A stretch of DNA of 33,022 nt from Pseudomonadota bacterium (GCA_038532975.1 JBCAZO010000001.1:1-33022), one strand, 5' to 3'; numbered from the stretch's first letter, positions 8,405 to 17,311 are shown. Program-made: numbers and translations. Notes: a model not told the origin generated them from the sequence alone.

Positions 8405-9211
8405 GTGGACGGTCTATTTATAGATGACATCTCAATGCGCTTTGACTTGCCCAACGGCGGTCATGTCCAGGCGTTGAAAAATGTGACGCTCGATATCAAG
8501 TCGGGCGAATTGATGAGTGTTCTTGGTCCATCTGGCTGCGGGAAGACAACCCTGCTGAACATCGTGGCGGGATTTCTTGCACCGACCGAAGGCAAAATCA
8601 TGTTGAACGGTCATGAAGTCACCGGGCCGCATCCCGAGCGTGGAATGGTGTTCCAGCAAGGTGCCCTGTTCGAATGGATGAACGTTCGCGACAACGTAAG
8701 TTTCGGCCCGGATATGAAAGGCATGAGCCGCAAGGAAAGTGCCGAAAATGTTGAACATCTGCTCGACATCGTTGGCCTTCAGGACTTTAAAGAAAAGGCC
8801 GTCTACGAACTCTCCGGGGGCATGCAACAACGCGTGGCATTGGCCCGTTGTCTGGCCAATGACCCCGATGTGATCTTGATGGACGAGCCTCTGGGCGCAC
8901 TTGACGCTTTGACGCGTGAAAAAATGCAAAGCCTGGTCCTCGATCTTTGGAAAGACACAGGCAAGACCATCATCCTGATTACTCACTCAGTGGAAGAAGC
9001 ACTGCTTCTGGGGGAACGCCTTCTTGTCATGGCTCCTCGCCCCGGCAGAGTTCACAAAGAATACCGCCTGCCCTTCGCCGATCTTGGCGTAGGTAATGAC
9101 CTGCGGGATGTTAAGAAACACCAAGACTACAACACAACCCGTGAAGAAATTCTCGAAATGATCTGGAACATGGAAGAAGAAATCATGGGCCGAGCGGAGG
9201 AAAGCGCATGA
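8405..9211 (+). CDS. tauB: Taurine ABC transporter ATP-binding protein
   Basis: Walker A GPSGCGKT, ERGMVFQ, signature LSGGMQQRV, Walker B ILMDEPLGALDALTRE and ITHSVEEA. GTG start with GGGG RBS. Confidence 0.94.
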   Translation: MDGLFIDDISMRFDLPNGGHVQALKNVTLDIKSGELMSVLGPSGCGKTTLLNIVAGFLAPTEGKIMLNGHEVTGPHPERGMVFQQGALFEWMNVRDNVSFGPDMKGMSRKESAENVEHLLDIVGLQDFKEKAVYELSGGMQQRVALARCLANDPDVILMDEPLGALDALTREKMQSLVLDLWKDTGKTIILITHSVEEALLLGERLLVMAPRPGRVHKEYRLPFADLGVGNDLRDVKKHQDYNTTREEILEMIWNMEEEIMGRAEESA

Positions 9212-10518
9212 CCGGTATTCTCGTACTTGCGCTCTATGTTGGCGCTTTCTTTGGTAGCTACCTGATCCTGTCCCGCCTGCTTCAGCGTTACTTTGCGCGC
9301 GAAGGATTCAACAAGCTCAAAACTGTCACCTTCGGCGACGAAAGCGCGGTGAAAGCCAACCGAATTGCTTCTTTCCTTTCGGTGATAACTGTCTTCTTCC
9401 TTTGGGTTGCATTCACGAACTCTGCAATACCGCTGCCGAAACTGCCTGGACCGTTCGATGGTGACGTGACCTTTACCTATACAGCCGCACTGCCCGACGG
9501 TACAACTGACGACGCCGAGGTCACGATACGTGTGTTCCGTGAAGACATCCAGCAGACCCTAGACGAAGATGGCAACCCAGGCCGAGAGCCTCCTGCGCCA
9601 GAGGTCGAGCCCGGGGATGGCTTTGCCAAAAACGATGCGCTGACTGTCGCGCGATACGGGTTTAAAGTGATCCCGGTATGGAACAATGATGAAGTGTCCA
9701 AAAGCGATGGCTCAACGATCACACATCTGAATGGTCAACCTGTTGAGCCAGGACAAAAAATCACAATTCCAGAAGGCATCATTGGCTTGACGGACAAGGG
9801 CACACCGACCTTTGAGCCCAAGACAGGGTTGAGAATGGCCCGGCTTTACCTGCCTGCGCCCGAGGTCGTTTTGGAACGCTTTGTGCGCTTGAACCAGGAA
9901 GGCTATCAGGGATTCACCCTATGGGAACATACGCGATATTCTTTGCAAAGGGTGCTCTTAGGCTTCTTGTTCGGCGCTCTCATCGGCATCCCAATTGGCT
10001 ATGCCATGGGTTTGACAAATTGGTCACGCGGCTGGTTTGATCCGATTGTTGAATTCATGCGACCTGTGCCGCCGCTTGCGCTGATCCCGCTCATGATCAT
10101 TTGGTTTGGGATTGGAGAGCTATCCAAGGTCATCCTTCTATTCCTTGCGGCCCTCTGGATCATGATTATCGCGGCCCGGTCCGGGGTGTCGGGTGTCGCC
10201 ATTTCCAAGGTCCACGCGGCGTATTCACTTGGCGCGTCCAAATGGCAAATTCTCAGCCGGGTCATTGTGCCAAACTCGCTACCGGAAATCTTCACCGGTG
10301 CACGGGTTGCCATGGGTGTCTGCTGGGGCACCGTTGTGGCCGCTGAACTTGTGGCCGCAGAAGTCGGCCTTGGAAAGATGATCGTGGTCGCATCGAAGTT
10401 TCAGCTGACCGACATCGTGCTTGTCGGGATCATCCTGATCGGCATCATCGGGTTCCTGATCGACGTTGGCGTACGTGCCCTTGAAAACTGGCTGGTGCCG
10501 TGGAAAGGCCGCGTCTAG
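9208..10518 (+). CDS. tauC: Taurine ABC transporter permease with a large periplasmic insertion (436 aa)
   Basis: ATGA overlap with tauB. C-terminal SsuC/TauC permease core (LPAP, SLQRVLLG, RPVPPLA, WFGIGE, AAYSLGAS, VAAEL...GLG). Confidence 0.92.
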   Translation: MTGILVLALYVGAFFGSYLILSRLLQRYFAREGFNKLKTVTFGDESAVKANRIASFLSVITVFFLWVAFTNSAIPLPKLPGPFDGDVTFTYTAALPDGTTDDAEVTIRVFREDIQQTLDEDGNPGREPPAPEVEPGDGFAKNDALTVARYGFKVIPVWNNDEVSKSDGSTITHLNGQPVEPGQKITIPEGIIGLTDKGTPTFEPKTGLRMARLYLPAPEVVLERFVRLNQEGYQGFTLWEHTRYSLQRVLLGFLFGALIGIPIGYAMGLTNWSRGWFDPIVEFMRPVPPLALIPLMIIWFGIGELSKVILLFLAALWIMIIAARSGVSGVAISKVHAAYSLGASKWQILSRVIVPNSLPEIFTGARVAMGVCWGTVVAAELVAAEVGLGKMIVVASKFQLTDIVLVGIILIGIIGFLIDVGVRALENWLVPWKGRV

Positions 10519-10532
10519 TCGCAACCAAACCC

Positions 10533-10566
10533 AAAACGCCCGGTTAAGGACCGGGCGTTTTCTTTT
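10533..10566. terminator. Bidirectional terminator between tauC and the Lrp-family gene
   Basis: Stem AAAACGCCCGGT (10533-10544) / ACCGGGCGTTTT (10550-10561), with A and T tracts on the two flanks. Confidence 0.85.
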
Positions 10567-10578
10567 GGAACAATAGGC

Positions 10579-11028
10579 TCAGGCCCGCATGTCCTTGGGC
10601 GATCCCATCACCACAAAAGTCGTAATAGCGTTCACCTGCGGCAAGGTTCCGATCACATCGGTATGAAACGCCTTGTAGGCTCGCAGGTCCGCAACCTCGA
10701 TCCGCAATAAGTATTCAACCGATCCCGTGATATTGTGACATTCCACAACTTCTGGCGCGATGGACATGGCGCGTTCAAACGCCTGCTGGCTGTTTTTGGT
10801 GTGTGAATTCAGACCAATTGTTGTGTAGGCCACGAAGCCGATCCCAATTTTGGCACGATCAAGCTTGGCACGGTATCCAACAATAACGCCCCTTTTCTCC
10901 AGATCCTGAACCCGCCGCAAACAAGCCGACGGCGACAACCCAATACGGTCAGCGAGTTCCAGATTGGTGAGTCGACCGTCCTTTTGAAGTTCATGCAATA
11001 TTTGTTCGTTTATATTATCCATATTCAT
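10579..11028 (-). CDS. Lrp/AsnC family transcriptional regulator
   Basis: ILHELQKDGRLTNLELADRIGLSPSACLRRVQDLE..GVI.GY HTH and PEVVECHNITG..EYLL RAM domain. Start is 11028 or 11022. Confidence 0.95.
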   Translation of the reverse strand: MNMDNINEQILHELQKDGRLTNLELADRIGLSPSACLRRVQDLEKRGVIVGYRAKLDRAKIGIGFVAYTTIGLNSHTKNSQQAFERAMSIAPEVVECHNITGSVEYLLRIEVADLRAYKAFHTDVIGTLPQVNAITTFVVMGSPKDMRA

Positions 11029-11044
11029 TCATTATTGCTAAATT

Positions 11045-11097
11045 TCTTGTATTTCACGATACAAAGCAACCTTTATGCACTCTTGTATACATATCGT
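11045..11097. promoter_or_regulatory. AT-rich divergent control region of lrp/lysE with a palindrome
   Basis: TTGTAT-N6-ATACAA (11047-11064), TCTTGTAT repeated at 11045 and 11081, and TATCGT (11092-11097) 6 nt before the lysE ATG. Confidence 0.45.
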
Positions 11098-11103
11098 TGC
11101 GCA

Positions 11104-11700
11104 ATGACACCGGAACTCTTTCTTGCGCTAATCGGCTTTGCCTTCATTACAGTCATCACACCAGGCCCCAACAATCTGATGCTGATGGCTTCAGGTGCAA
11201 ACTTTGGCTTCCGCCGCACAGTTCCACACATGTTGGGCATCGGTCTTGGCTTTCCATCAATGATTTTTCTCGTGGGCATCGGCATCATGCAACTTTTTGA
11301 CATGTGGGAGCCAAGCTACACGATCCTAAAGTGTATCAGCGTCATCTACCTGCTCTATTTGGCATGGAAAATTGCCAATGCCGCTCCACCCAAACAAGCA
11401 CAATCCGAGAGCAGGCCGCTCACCTTTTTGCAAGCTGCAGCCTTTCAGTGGGTCAATCCCAAGGCGTGGAGCATGGCTTTGTCTGCCATCACACTCTACG
11501 CGACAAGCCGGGACCTGCAGGCAATCTTGTGGGTGTCGGGCGCCTATATTGCAATGTCCGCTGTCAGCACCACAAGCTGGACCACCCTAGGTCAACAAAT
11601 GCGCCGGTTCCTCAATAGCCCGACACGCCTTCGGGGCTTCAACATCGGAATGGCCATACTTCTGGTCGCCACATTGGTACCTGTACTTTGGCCTAACTAA
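11104..11700 (+). CDS. LysE/RhtB family amino-acid exporter
   Basis: ITPGPNNLMLMASG.NFG, YLLYLAWKIA and FQWVNPKAW. Divergent from the Lrp gene. The ORF-track start at 10984 overlaps lrp, so ATG 11104 was chosen. Confidence 0.93.
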   Translation: MTPELFLALIGFAFITVITPGPNNLMLMASGANFGFRRTVPHMLGIGLGFPSMIFLVGIGIMQLFDMWEPSYTILKCISVIYLLYLAWKIANAAPPKQAQSESRPLTFLQAAAFQWVNPKAWSMALSAITLYATSRDLQAILWVSGAYIAMSAVSTTSWTTLGQQMRRFLNSPTRLRGFNIGMAILLVATLVPVLWPN

Positions 11701-11710
11701 AGCGTTCGTT

Positions 11711-11734
11711 CAAAAGCCGTGACTCAGGCTTTTG
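11711..11734. terminator. Probable bidirectional terminator between lysE and ada
   Basis: CAAAAGCC (11711-11718) / GGCTTTTG (11727-11734) between convergent genes. Confidence 0.6.
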
Positions 11735-11756
11735 GCCAAGCGCTCTAGACCAAGGG

Positions 11757-12605
11757 TCAGGCGTCAACCCGTGCACTTTCCCAGGCCAAGATGGCGCGTT
11801 TGACCGGGAGCCCCCAATGATATCCACCCAAACCACCGGACTTACGAAGCGCGCGGTGGCACGGGATGAGAAAACTCACCGGATTACGGCCAACCGCGGT
11901 GCCAACGGCACGCACGGCTTTGGGATGACCGATCGACTCTGCAATCTCCGAATAAGTGGTGACGTGCCCCGAGGGTATTTGTAGCAAGGCTTCCCAAACC
12001 TTGATCTGAAACGGCGCGCCAATCATATAGAGCGGTGTTTTTTCCTCCGTCTGCCCCCCCGCGCCAAAGGCGGTCAGCACCCAAGGTCGAAGCATCATCG
12101 GGTCTTCGACAAAGCTTGCTTTTGGCCAGCGGGACACAAGATCTTCCATTGCGGCGTCCTCACCAGTTTCACTGGCAAAGCCGATACCGCAGATGCCTTT
12201 CTCCGTGCCCATGACTAGTGACAAACCAAACGGGCTGTCGAACCACCCCCAGTAGATCGTAAGTCCCTCACCCTTGCGCGCAAATTCGCCTGGGCTCATC
12301 GCTTCCCAGCGCAGGAAAAGATCATAAAGTCGACCAGTGCCGGAAAGGCCCAATTCATGCGCTGTATCAAGTGTGGTAAACCGCTCGGCAAGCATGTCTT
12401 TGGCCTGTCCCAAAGCCAAATATTGCTGATATCGCTTTGGAGATACGCCCACCCATTGGGTGAACAGCCGCTGAAAATGCGCCGGGCTCATGTTCATTTT
12501 TTCAGCCAGATCATTCAGCGAAAGCTTTGGTTCCGCATCATCAATCAGATCAATGGCGCGACGCATGACGTTGAAGTGATATCCATCGTGTGTAGGAGCG
12601 TTCAT
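11757..12605 (-). CDS. ada: AraC-HTH plus methylated-DNA--protein-cysteine methyltransferase (Ada-like, lacking the N-terminal Zn domain)
   Basis: HTH (LNDLA...MSPAHFQRLF..WVGVSPKRY) and methyltransferase motifs FQIKVWEALLQIP.G, RAVGTAVGRNP, IPCHR and GGYHWG. Confidence 0.92.
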   Translation of the reverse strand: MNAPTHDGYHFNVMRRAIDLIDDAEPKLSLNDLAEKMNMSPAHFQRLFTQWVGVSPKRYQQYLALGQAKDMLAERFTTLDTAHELGLSGTGRLYDLFLRWEAMSPGEFARKGEGLTIYWGWFDSPFGLSLVMGTEKGICGIGFASETGEDAAMEDLVSRWPKASFVEDPMMLRPWVLTAFGAGGQTEEKTPLYMIGAPFQIKVWEALLQIPSGHVTTYSEIAESIGHPKAVRAVGTAVGRNPVSFLIPCHRALRKSGGLGGYHWGLPVKRAILAWESARVDA

Positions 12606-12635
12606 AGCGGACCTCGTTGGCTAGATGATCCAAAT

Positions 12636-13673
12636 TTAAGACAAGCGAATGCCCTCTGCGACCCGAATATTGCGCTTCTGCACTTTGCTATGTGGTTCTG
12701 CCTCAAATCGTTTGATGATTTTCAGGAAAGCTTCGAACTCGCGCACGCTCAGACAGGGACGTGCAGTTTTCATATTGTAAAGCGCATCGCCCAGAATCTG
12801 TTCCGCCTTCAACCGGTCAGTTTTTGAGAGACGTTGCATTGCTTCTTTGCCTGGGAAAAAGCTTTCGACCCAATGACCATTGGCTTGGATGATCTGGTGG
12901 GTTTCGAACAAAAGGTGATGGTATCTAAATCCGTGAGACCAAAATGACAGATCTGGCGTGCGCTGCTTAATACCAGCCGCCGGAGCAAGCACCTCTTCGT
13001 GTCCAAGGTACAACCCGCTCAGAGGATGCCGCATCAGGACTCGATGATCTCTAGATACCCAAAGCTTTTTATGCCCTGCATTATCAAACGGCAGCGCGAC
13101 CGGCCTTAGTTTTGGTGACACCATCAAGCGAAAAGAAGAGACTGGCGTCACAAAATGGCACAGAACTGCTTGTAAGCCGTGGTCGAGCGTCTGCACCAGC
13201 GTTCCCGGCACGATATCCGCAATATCCAAAGGGCCATGTTCCGTCTCAATCTCCGTGTTTTGAACAAAACAGGGAATCGAGTTTCCCTCAAAATAAGAGT
13301 ACGCAATGTTGTTGGAAGACGATTCTGCAACAGGATAACTGCTGCCTGCTGTTAACGATTCACTTGATGCATACCCAACATGGAAACCGTCAACCTCAAA
13401 GCGATCAAGATAGATTGCACCACTTGGTCCCGACAATTGCGCATATGCCGGGATTTCCAGCAAGCCGCTGGCGACCACATTACCCGCCATGTCATAGACA
13501 ACCGCAGTCTGGTTGGCATCTCCGGAAACATGGCCCGTTGCATCATCATCACTGACAACAATTCGATACCTGCCAGTGTCCGGAGTATAACCTGAACTGA
13601 AGTCAAACGCGCCGGTGTTATAATTATATCCCAGCGCATCCGTATTGTAGATGTAGAACTCGTAGGTTGCCAT
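12636..13673 (-). CDS. Hint (bacterial intein-like, B-type/Hint_2) domain protein
   Basis: PCF..NTEIET..G...I..I..G..V.T.DHG.Q.V, VSRDHRVL, EVLAPA and YHHLLFETHQIIQANG..VESFFPG. GAGGTGG RBS upstream of the ATG at 13673. Confidence 0.88.
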   Translation of the reverse strand: MATYEFYIYNTDALGYNYNTGAFDFSSGYTPDTGRYRIVVSDDDATGHVSGDANQTAVVYDMAGNVVASGLLEIPAYAQLSGPSGAIYLDRFEVDGFHVGYASSESLTAGSSYPVAESSSNNIAYSYFEGNSIPCFVQNTEIETEHGPLDIADIVPGTLVQTLDHGLQAVLCHFVTPVSSFRLMVSPKLRPVALPFDNAGHKKLWVSRDHRVLMRHPLSGLYLGHEEVLAPAAGIKQRTPDLSFWSHGFRYHHLLFETHQIIQANGHWVESFFPGKEAMQRLSKTDRLKAEQILGDALYNMKTARPCLSVREFEAFLKIIKRFEAEPHSKVQKRNIRVAEGIRLS

Positions 13674-13774
13674 AGGCCAAACCACCTCAAAGGAGGTCGT
13701 TTCTGGCACAATGACGTTTCATTAGTGTTGACGCGCTCTTGCCCCGCTTTCCGGCTTCCGGCAAAAGGGCGCGT

Positions 13775-14419
13775 ATGGCCAAACAGCTCAATTATCACAC
13801 CATTCGCGAAATTTTCACCCGATTTTGCACTGCCGAACCAGAACCAAAGGGTGAATTGCATCATGTCAATGCATACACACTTGTAGTCGCGGTTGCGCTT
13901 TCAGCGCAGGCAACGGATGCAGGCGTGAACAAAGCCACCAAAACGCTTTTCGAAAAAGTAGACACACCGCAAAAAATGCTCGACTTGGGCGAGGAGCAAC
14001 TGATTGAGCATATCAAAACGATTGGCCTTTATCGCAACAAAGCCAAGAACGTGATGAAGCTCTCGCGTATACTGGTCGAGGAGTACGGCGGCGAAGTGCC
14101 AAATTCCCGTGCTGCGCTGCAAGCTCTACCCGGTGTCGGGCGAAAGACCGCAAACGTGGTGCTGAACATGTGGTGGCACCATCCGGCACAGGCGGTGGAT
14201 ACGCATATTTTCCGCGTCGGCAACCGAACTGGCATCGCTCCTGGCAAGGATGTCGATGCTGTGGAACGCGCCATCGAAGACAATATTCCTGCAGATTTTC
14301 AATTGCATGCCCATCACTGGCTCATCCTGCATGGCCGCTATATCTGCGTCGCGCGCAAGCCCAAATGCGGCGCATGCCTCATTCGTGACCTTTGCCCATT
14401 CGAGGACAAAACTCTATGA
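13775..14419 (+). CDS. nth: Endonuclease III
   Basis: LSAQATD, HhH motif LPGVGRKTANVV, AVDTH and the [4Fe-4S] motif C-X6-C-X2-C-X5-C (CVARKPKCGACLIRDLC). Confidence 0.97.
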   Translation: MAKQLNYHTIREIFTRFCTAEPEPKGELHHVNAYTLVVAVALSAQATDAGVNKATKTLFEKVDTPQKMLDLGEEQLIEHIKTIGLYRNKAKNVMKLSRILVEEYGGEVPNSRAALQALPGVGRKTANVVLNMWWHHPAQAVDTHIFRVGNRTGIAPGKDVDAVERAIEDNIPADFQLHAHHWLILHGRYICVARKPKCGACLIRDLCPFEDKTL

Positions 14420-15402
14420 CCAAGTACCACGTTGTTGGCATCGGCAATGCCGTCGTCGATATCATCAGCCAAGCCGATGACCGTTTCCTGAGCCGCATGG
14501 GCATCGAAAAAGGTGTGATGCAACTGATCGACGAAGACCGTTGCGCGTTTCTCTATGAAAATATGGAGAACCGTACGCAAATGTCAGGGGGCTCCGTTGC
14601 CAACAGCATTGCTGGCATCGGCGCTTTGGGTCTAAACACGGCCTTTATAGGTCGCGTCAGCGACGATGCGGCGGGGCGAGACTACATTGACGGGATGAAA
14701 GACAGCGGCACGGATTTTGTGAATGCCCCTGTGGTTGATGGTGAGCTTCCGACATCTCGTTCGATGATCTTCGTCTCGCCCGACGGCGAACGCTCGATGA
14801 ACACCTATCTGGGCATCTCGACAGAACTGAGCACTCATGACGTGGACGATGCCATACCCGCATCTGCCAAGCTTCTCTTTCTCGAAGGCTATCTTTATGA
14901 CAAAGACAAAGGCAAAGAAGCCTTGCTCAGTGCCGCCCGCACTTGCCGCACCTCAGGTGGCAAAGCAGGCATCACATTGTCCGATCCATTCTGCGTCGAC
15001 CGCCACCGCGCCGATTTTCGTAAAATCGCCCGGGAACTTGATTTCGTCATCGGCAACGAGCATGAATGGCGGTCGCTGTATGAGACAGACGATCTAGGCG
15101 CGGCTCTGGAGGCGGCGGCTTCAGAAAGCAGACTCATCGTCTGCACCCGCTCAGGCCATGATGTTGTGATTGTCGAAGGCAACGACACTGTGACCGTTCC
15201 TGTGCATGAACTGGCCCCGGTAGATACAACCGGCGCAGGCGATCAGTTCGCGGCGGGTTTTATCTACGGCCTGGCAACAGGTGTTTCACTAGAGGTTGCA
15301 GGTCACATGGGCTGTGTGGCAGCGGCCGAGGTTATAAGCCACTACGGCGCGCGACCAGAGGCGGATGTGAAGGCGCTTTTCGCTTCAAATGCGCTCATCT
15401 AG
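14416..15402 (+). CDS. PfkB-family (adenosine kinase-like) sugar/nucleoside kinase
   Basis: GIGNAVVD, GGSVANS, DGERSMNTYLG, LEGYL, NEHE and VDTTGAGDQFAAGF. ATGA overlap with nth. Confidence 0.93.
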   Translation: MTKYHVVGIGNAVVDIISQADDRFLSRMGIEKGVMQLIDEDRCAFLYENMENRTQMSGGSVANSIAGIGALGLNTAFIGRVSDDAAGRDYIDGMKDSGTDFVNAPVVDGELPTSRSMIFVSPDGERSMNTYLGISTELSTHDVDDAIPASAKLLFLEGYLYDKDKGKEALLSAARTCRTSGGKAGITLSDPFCVDRHRADFRKIARELDFVIGNEHEWRSLYETDDLGAALEAAASESRLIVCTRSGHDVVIVEGNDTVTVPVHELAPVDTTGAGDQFAAGFIYGLATGVSLEVAGHMGCVAAAEVISHYGARPEADVKALFASNALI

Positions 15403-16217
15403 CCAAACTTACCCTCTATGAACCGGCGTGCTTCCTTCGTTTGCGCGCACTCGAACATTAGGTCCGCTGGACCGATTTCCAATAATCGACCCAAGTGAAA
15501 ATAGGCGACGCGATCCGCAATTCTCTTGGCTTGCATCATGGAATGGGTAATCACAACAATCGCGTGGTCCGGTTTCAATTCCAGCAAGAGTTCCTCAACT
15601 TTGGCGGTGGCAATCGGATCAATAGATCCGGTCGGCTCGTCCATCAAAAGAACTTCGGGTTTGGTCCCCAAAGCCCGAGCAATGCACAGCCGTTGTTGTT
15701 GACCCCCGCTAAGCTCAGTTCCGTCCATATTGTGCAGGTGATCTTTCACTTCATCCCATAAATGTGCGCGTCGAAGACAGGTTTCCACATGCTCTTCAAG
15801 CTCTGCTCTGGACGTCATCAGGCCATGTAATTTTGCCCCGTATGCCACATTCGCCCAGATCGACATTGGAAACGGGTTGGGTTTTTGCGCAACCCAGCCA
15901 AATCGGCGCCGGTGGACGGGTGGATCAATACAACGGTCATGAATATCAATGCCGTCCATCTCTATTCTGCCGGTAATCCGGACACCGCGCGTTTCATCAT
16001 GCATACGGTTCAAACATTTCAGAGCGGTGGATTTTCCACACCCTGACGGGCCAATAAATGCAAGTATCTCAGAGGGATAAAGCTCTAGGTTCACATTCTG
16101 GAGGGCATGTGTTTCATCATACCACAAATTAACCTGATCCATTATGATCAGGGGCGGCCTGTTCGAACAGATCTGAGCGGGCGCAGCGCAGTCAAAGTCC
16201 TTTACTGAAATCGTCAT
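15399..16217 (-). CDS. pstB: Phosphate ABC transporter ATP-binding protein PstB (orphan paralog)
   Basis: AFIGPSGCGKST.LKCLNRMHD, QKPNPFPMSI..NVAYG, LWDEVKD, LSGGQQQRLCIARAL, LMDEPT..DPIAT.K.EEL, THSMMQA.R and G.FG C-terminus. GGAG RBS. Confidence 0.9.
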   Translation of the reverse strand: MTISVKDFDCAAPAQICSNRPPLIIMDQVNLWYDETHALQNVNLELYPSEILAFIGPSGCGKSTALKCLNRMHDETRGVRITGRIEMDGIDIHDRCIDPPVHRRRFGWVAQKPNPFPMSIWANVAYGAKLHGLMTSRAELEEHVETCLRRAHLWDEVKDHLHNMDGTELSGGQQQRLCIARALGTKPEVLLMDEPTGSIDPIATAKVEELLLELKPDHAIVVITHSMMQAKRIADRVAYFHLGRLLEIGPADLMFECAQTKEARRFIEGKFG

Positions 16218-16347
16218 CGGTCTCTCCTTTGCCAGTTGAAACCAATTTTGCCTTCAGCGTGCCCTGCTAAGTTCGACCTAGATCAAAAAAACCAAATCTT
16301 CATAAAAAATTCATGCAGCACGAAAAGAGCTGTGCTTTCGAGGTATT

Positions 16348-17166
16348 TCACTCGCCCAATTTCGCATGTACCTCTGCCAGGTCAATCTCACCAATTGGCA
16401 TCTTATTGCCTGGATTGTCGAAGTCATATTTGAAGAGTTCAAAATCACGGTGATAGATTTCCTTGATCAGGTGCATCGACAAATCATCGAAATAGTCTTC
16501 CACCGGATGGGCGCGTTTGGGACCGTGACCCTCACTTTCATTAAAGCGCGGGATTTTCTTCAGATCGACTTTCTTCCGCGTTTTGATCTCTTTGAGAACG
16601 TCGCCCATCCCATCGTTGAATTGCTCCGTCCAGAAGATCTTGTCATAAGTTCCGCCATTCACAATGAAGGTCGAGACATGTCCTGACATTGAAGACCAGT
16701 GAATGTCCGGGTCCATCGGACGCTTCCACCGAATGGTGTCTCGCGCAAAGAGCAGGAAACGCCGAAAGCTTTTAATCTGGTCAAACTCCTGCTTACCGTC
16801 CTCACCGCCGACATCAATGCCGTACTTCTGGATGAGCAACGGCACAAGCTTGCCGCGATAGCGCTTCCCATTGCGCTGAATACCGCAAATCTTGTCGAAA
16901 AACGAGCTCAAGATACGGGTGTATGGGTTACGAACACAGGTAAAGGCATAAGACGTGTGCGTGCGCACATTGGCTTTGATCAAAGGTTGGCTGTCTTCAC
17001 GCGCCCATTTGTGCAACCCATCCACGGCATCGTGAATATCACCATCAAAAAAAACGCCATGGTCGGAATAGTACATGATCTGACCAATGGTCGAGCAGGC
17101 GCATTTTGGCACCACGCGATAAACCACGCTCTCGCTCTCCGTCATCCATGTTCCGGGAAAGCCCAT
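16348..17166 (-). CDS. Sulfotransferase family (Sulfotransfer_2-like) protein
   Basis: 5'-PSB loop VPKCACST, 3'-PB motif FTCVRNPYTRILSSFFDK, DIHW and the C-terminal IY..DFELFKY. GGAGG RBS. Confidence 0.88.
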   Translation of the reverse strand: MGFPGTWMTESESVVYRVVPKCACSTIGQIMYYSDHGVFFDGDIHDAVDGLHKWAREDSQPLIKANVRTHTSYAFTCVRNPYTRILSSFFDKICGIQRNGKRYRGKLVPLLIQKYGIDVGGEDGKQEFDQIKSFRRFLLFARDTIRWKRPMDPDIHWSSMSGHVSTFIVNGGTYDKIFWTEQFNDGMGDVLKEIKTRKKVDLKKIPRFNESEGHGPKRAHPVEDYFDDLSMHLIKEIYHRDFELFKYDFDNPGNKMPIGEIDLAEVHAKLGE

Positions 17167-17311
17167 TCCCTGCCTCCAAACCCGCTCTTATGTCGTTGTC
17201 GGGTCTTAACAAACTATATCCAACAAAAAACCAAAGAAAGGCTGTTTATTCAACGCCTGTTCACGACTATCACTATAGGCAAACGCAAAAAGAGCAGACC
17301 TTCGCTGAGAT

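Noticed and set aside
5538-10518. tpa-tauABC without xsc, pta or tauR as an incomplete or novel pathway
   Set aside because: Split taurine gene clusters are known in roseobacters; absence from a 33-kb window is uninformative.
10984-11103. Long N-terminal extension of LysE given by the ORF track
   Set aside because: Overlaps the lrp gene and the AT-rich promoter; family similarity starts at Met 11104.
11757-12605. Ada lacking the N-terminal Zn/methylphosphotriester domain as a pseudogene
   Set aside because: The ORF is intact with its own RBS (GAGG), and the HTH plus methyltransferase architecture is common in alphaproteobacteria.
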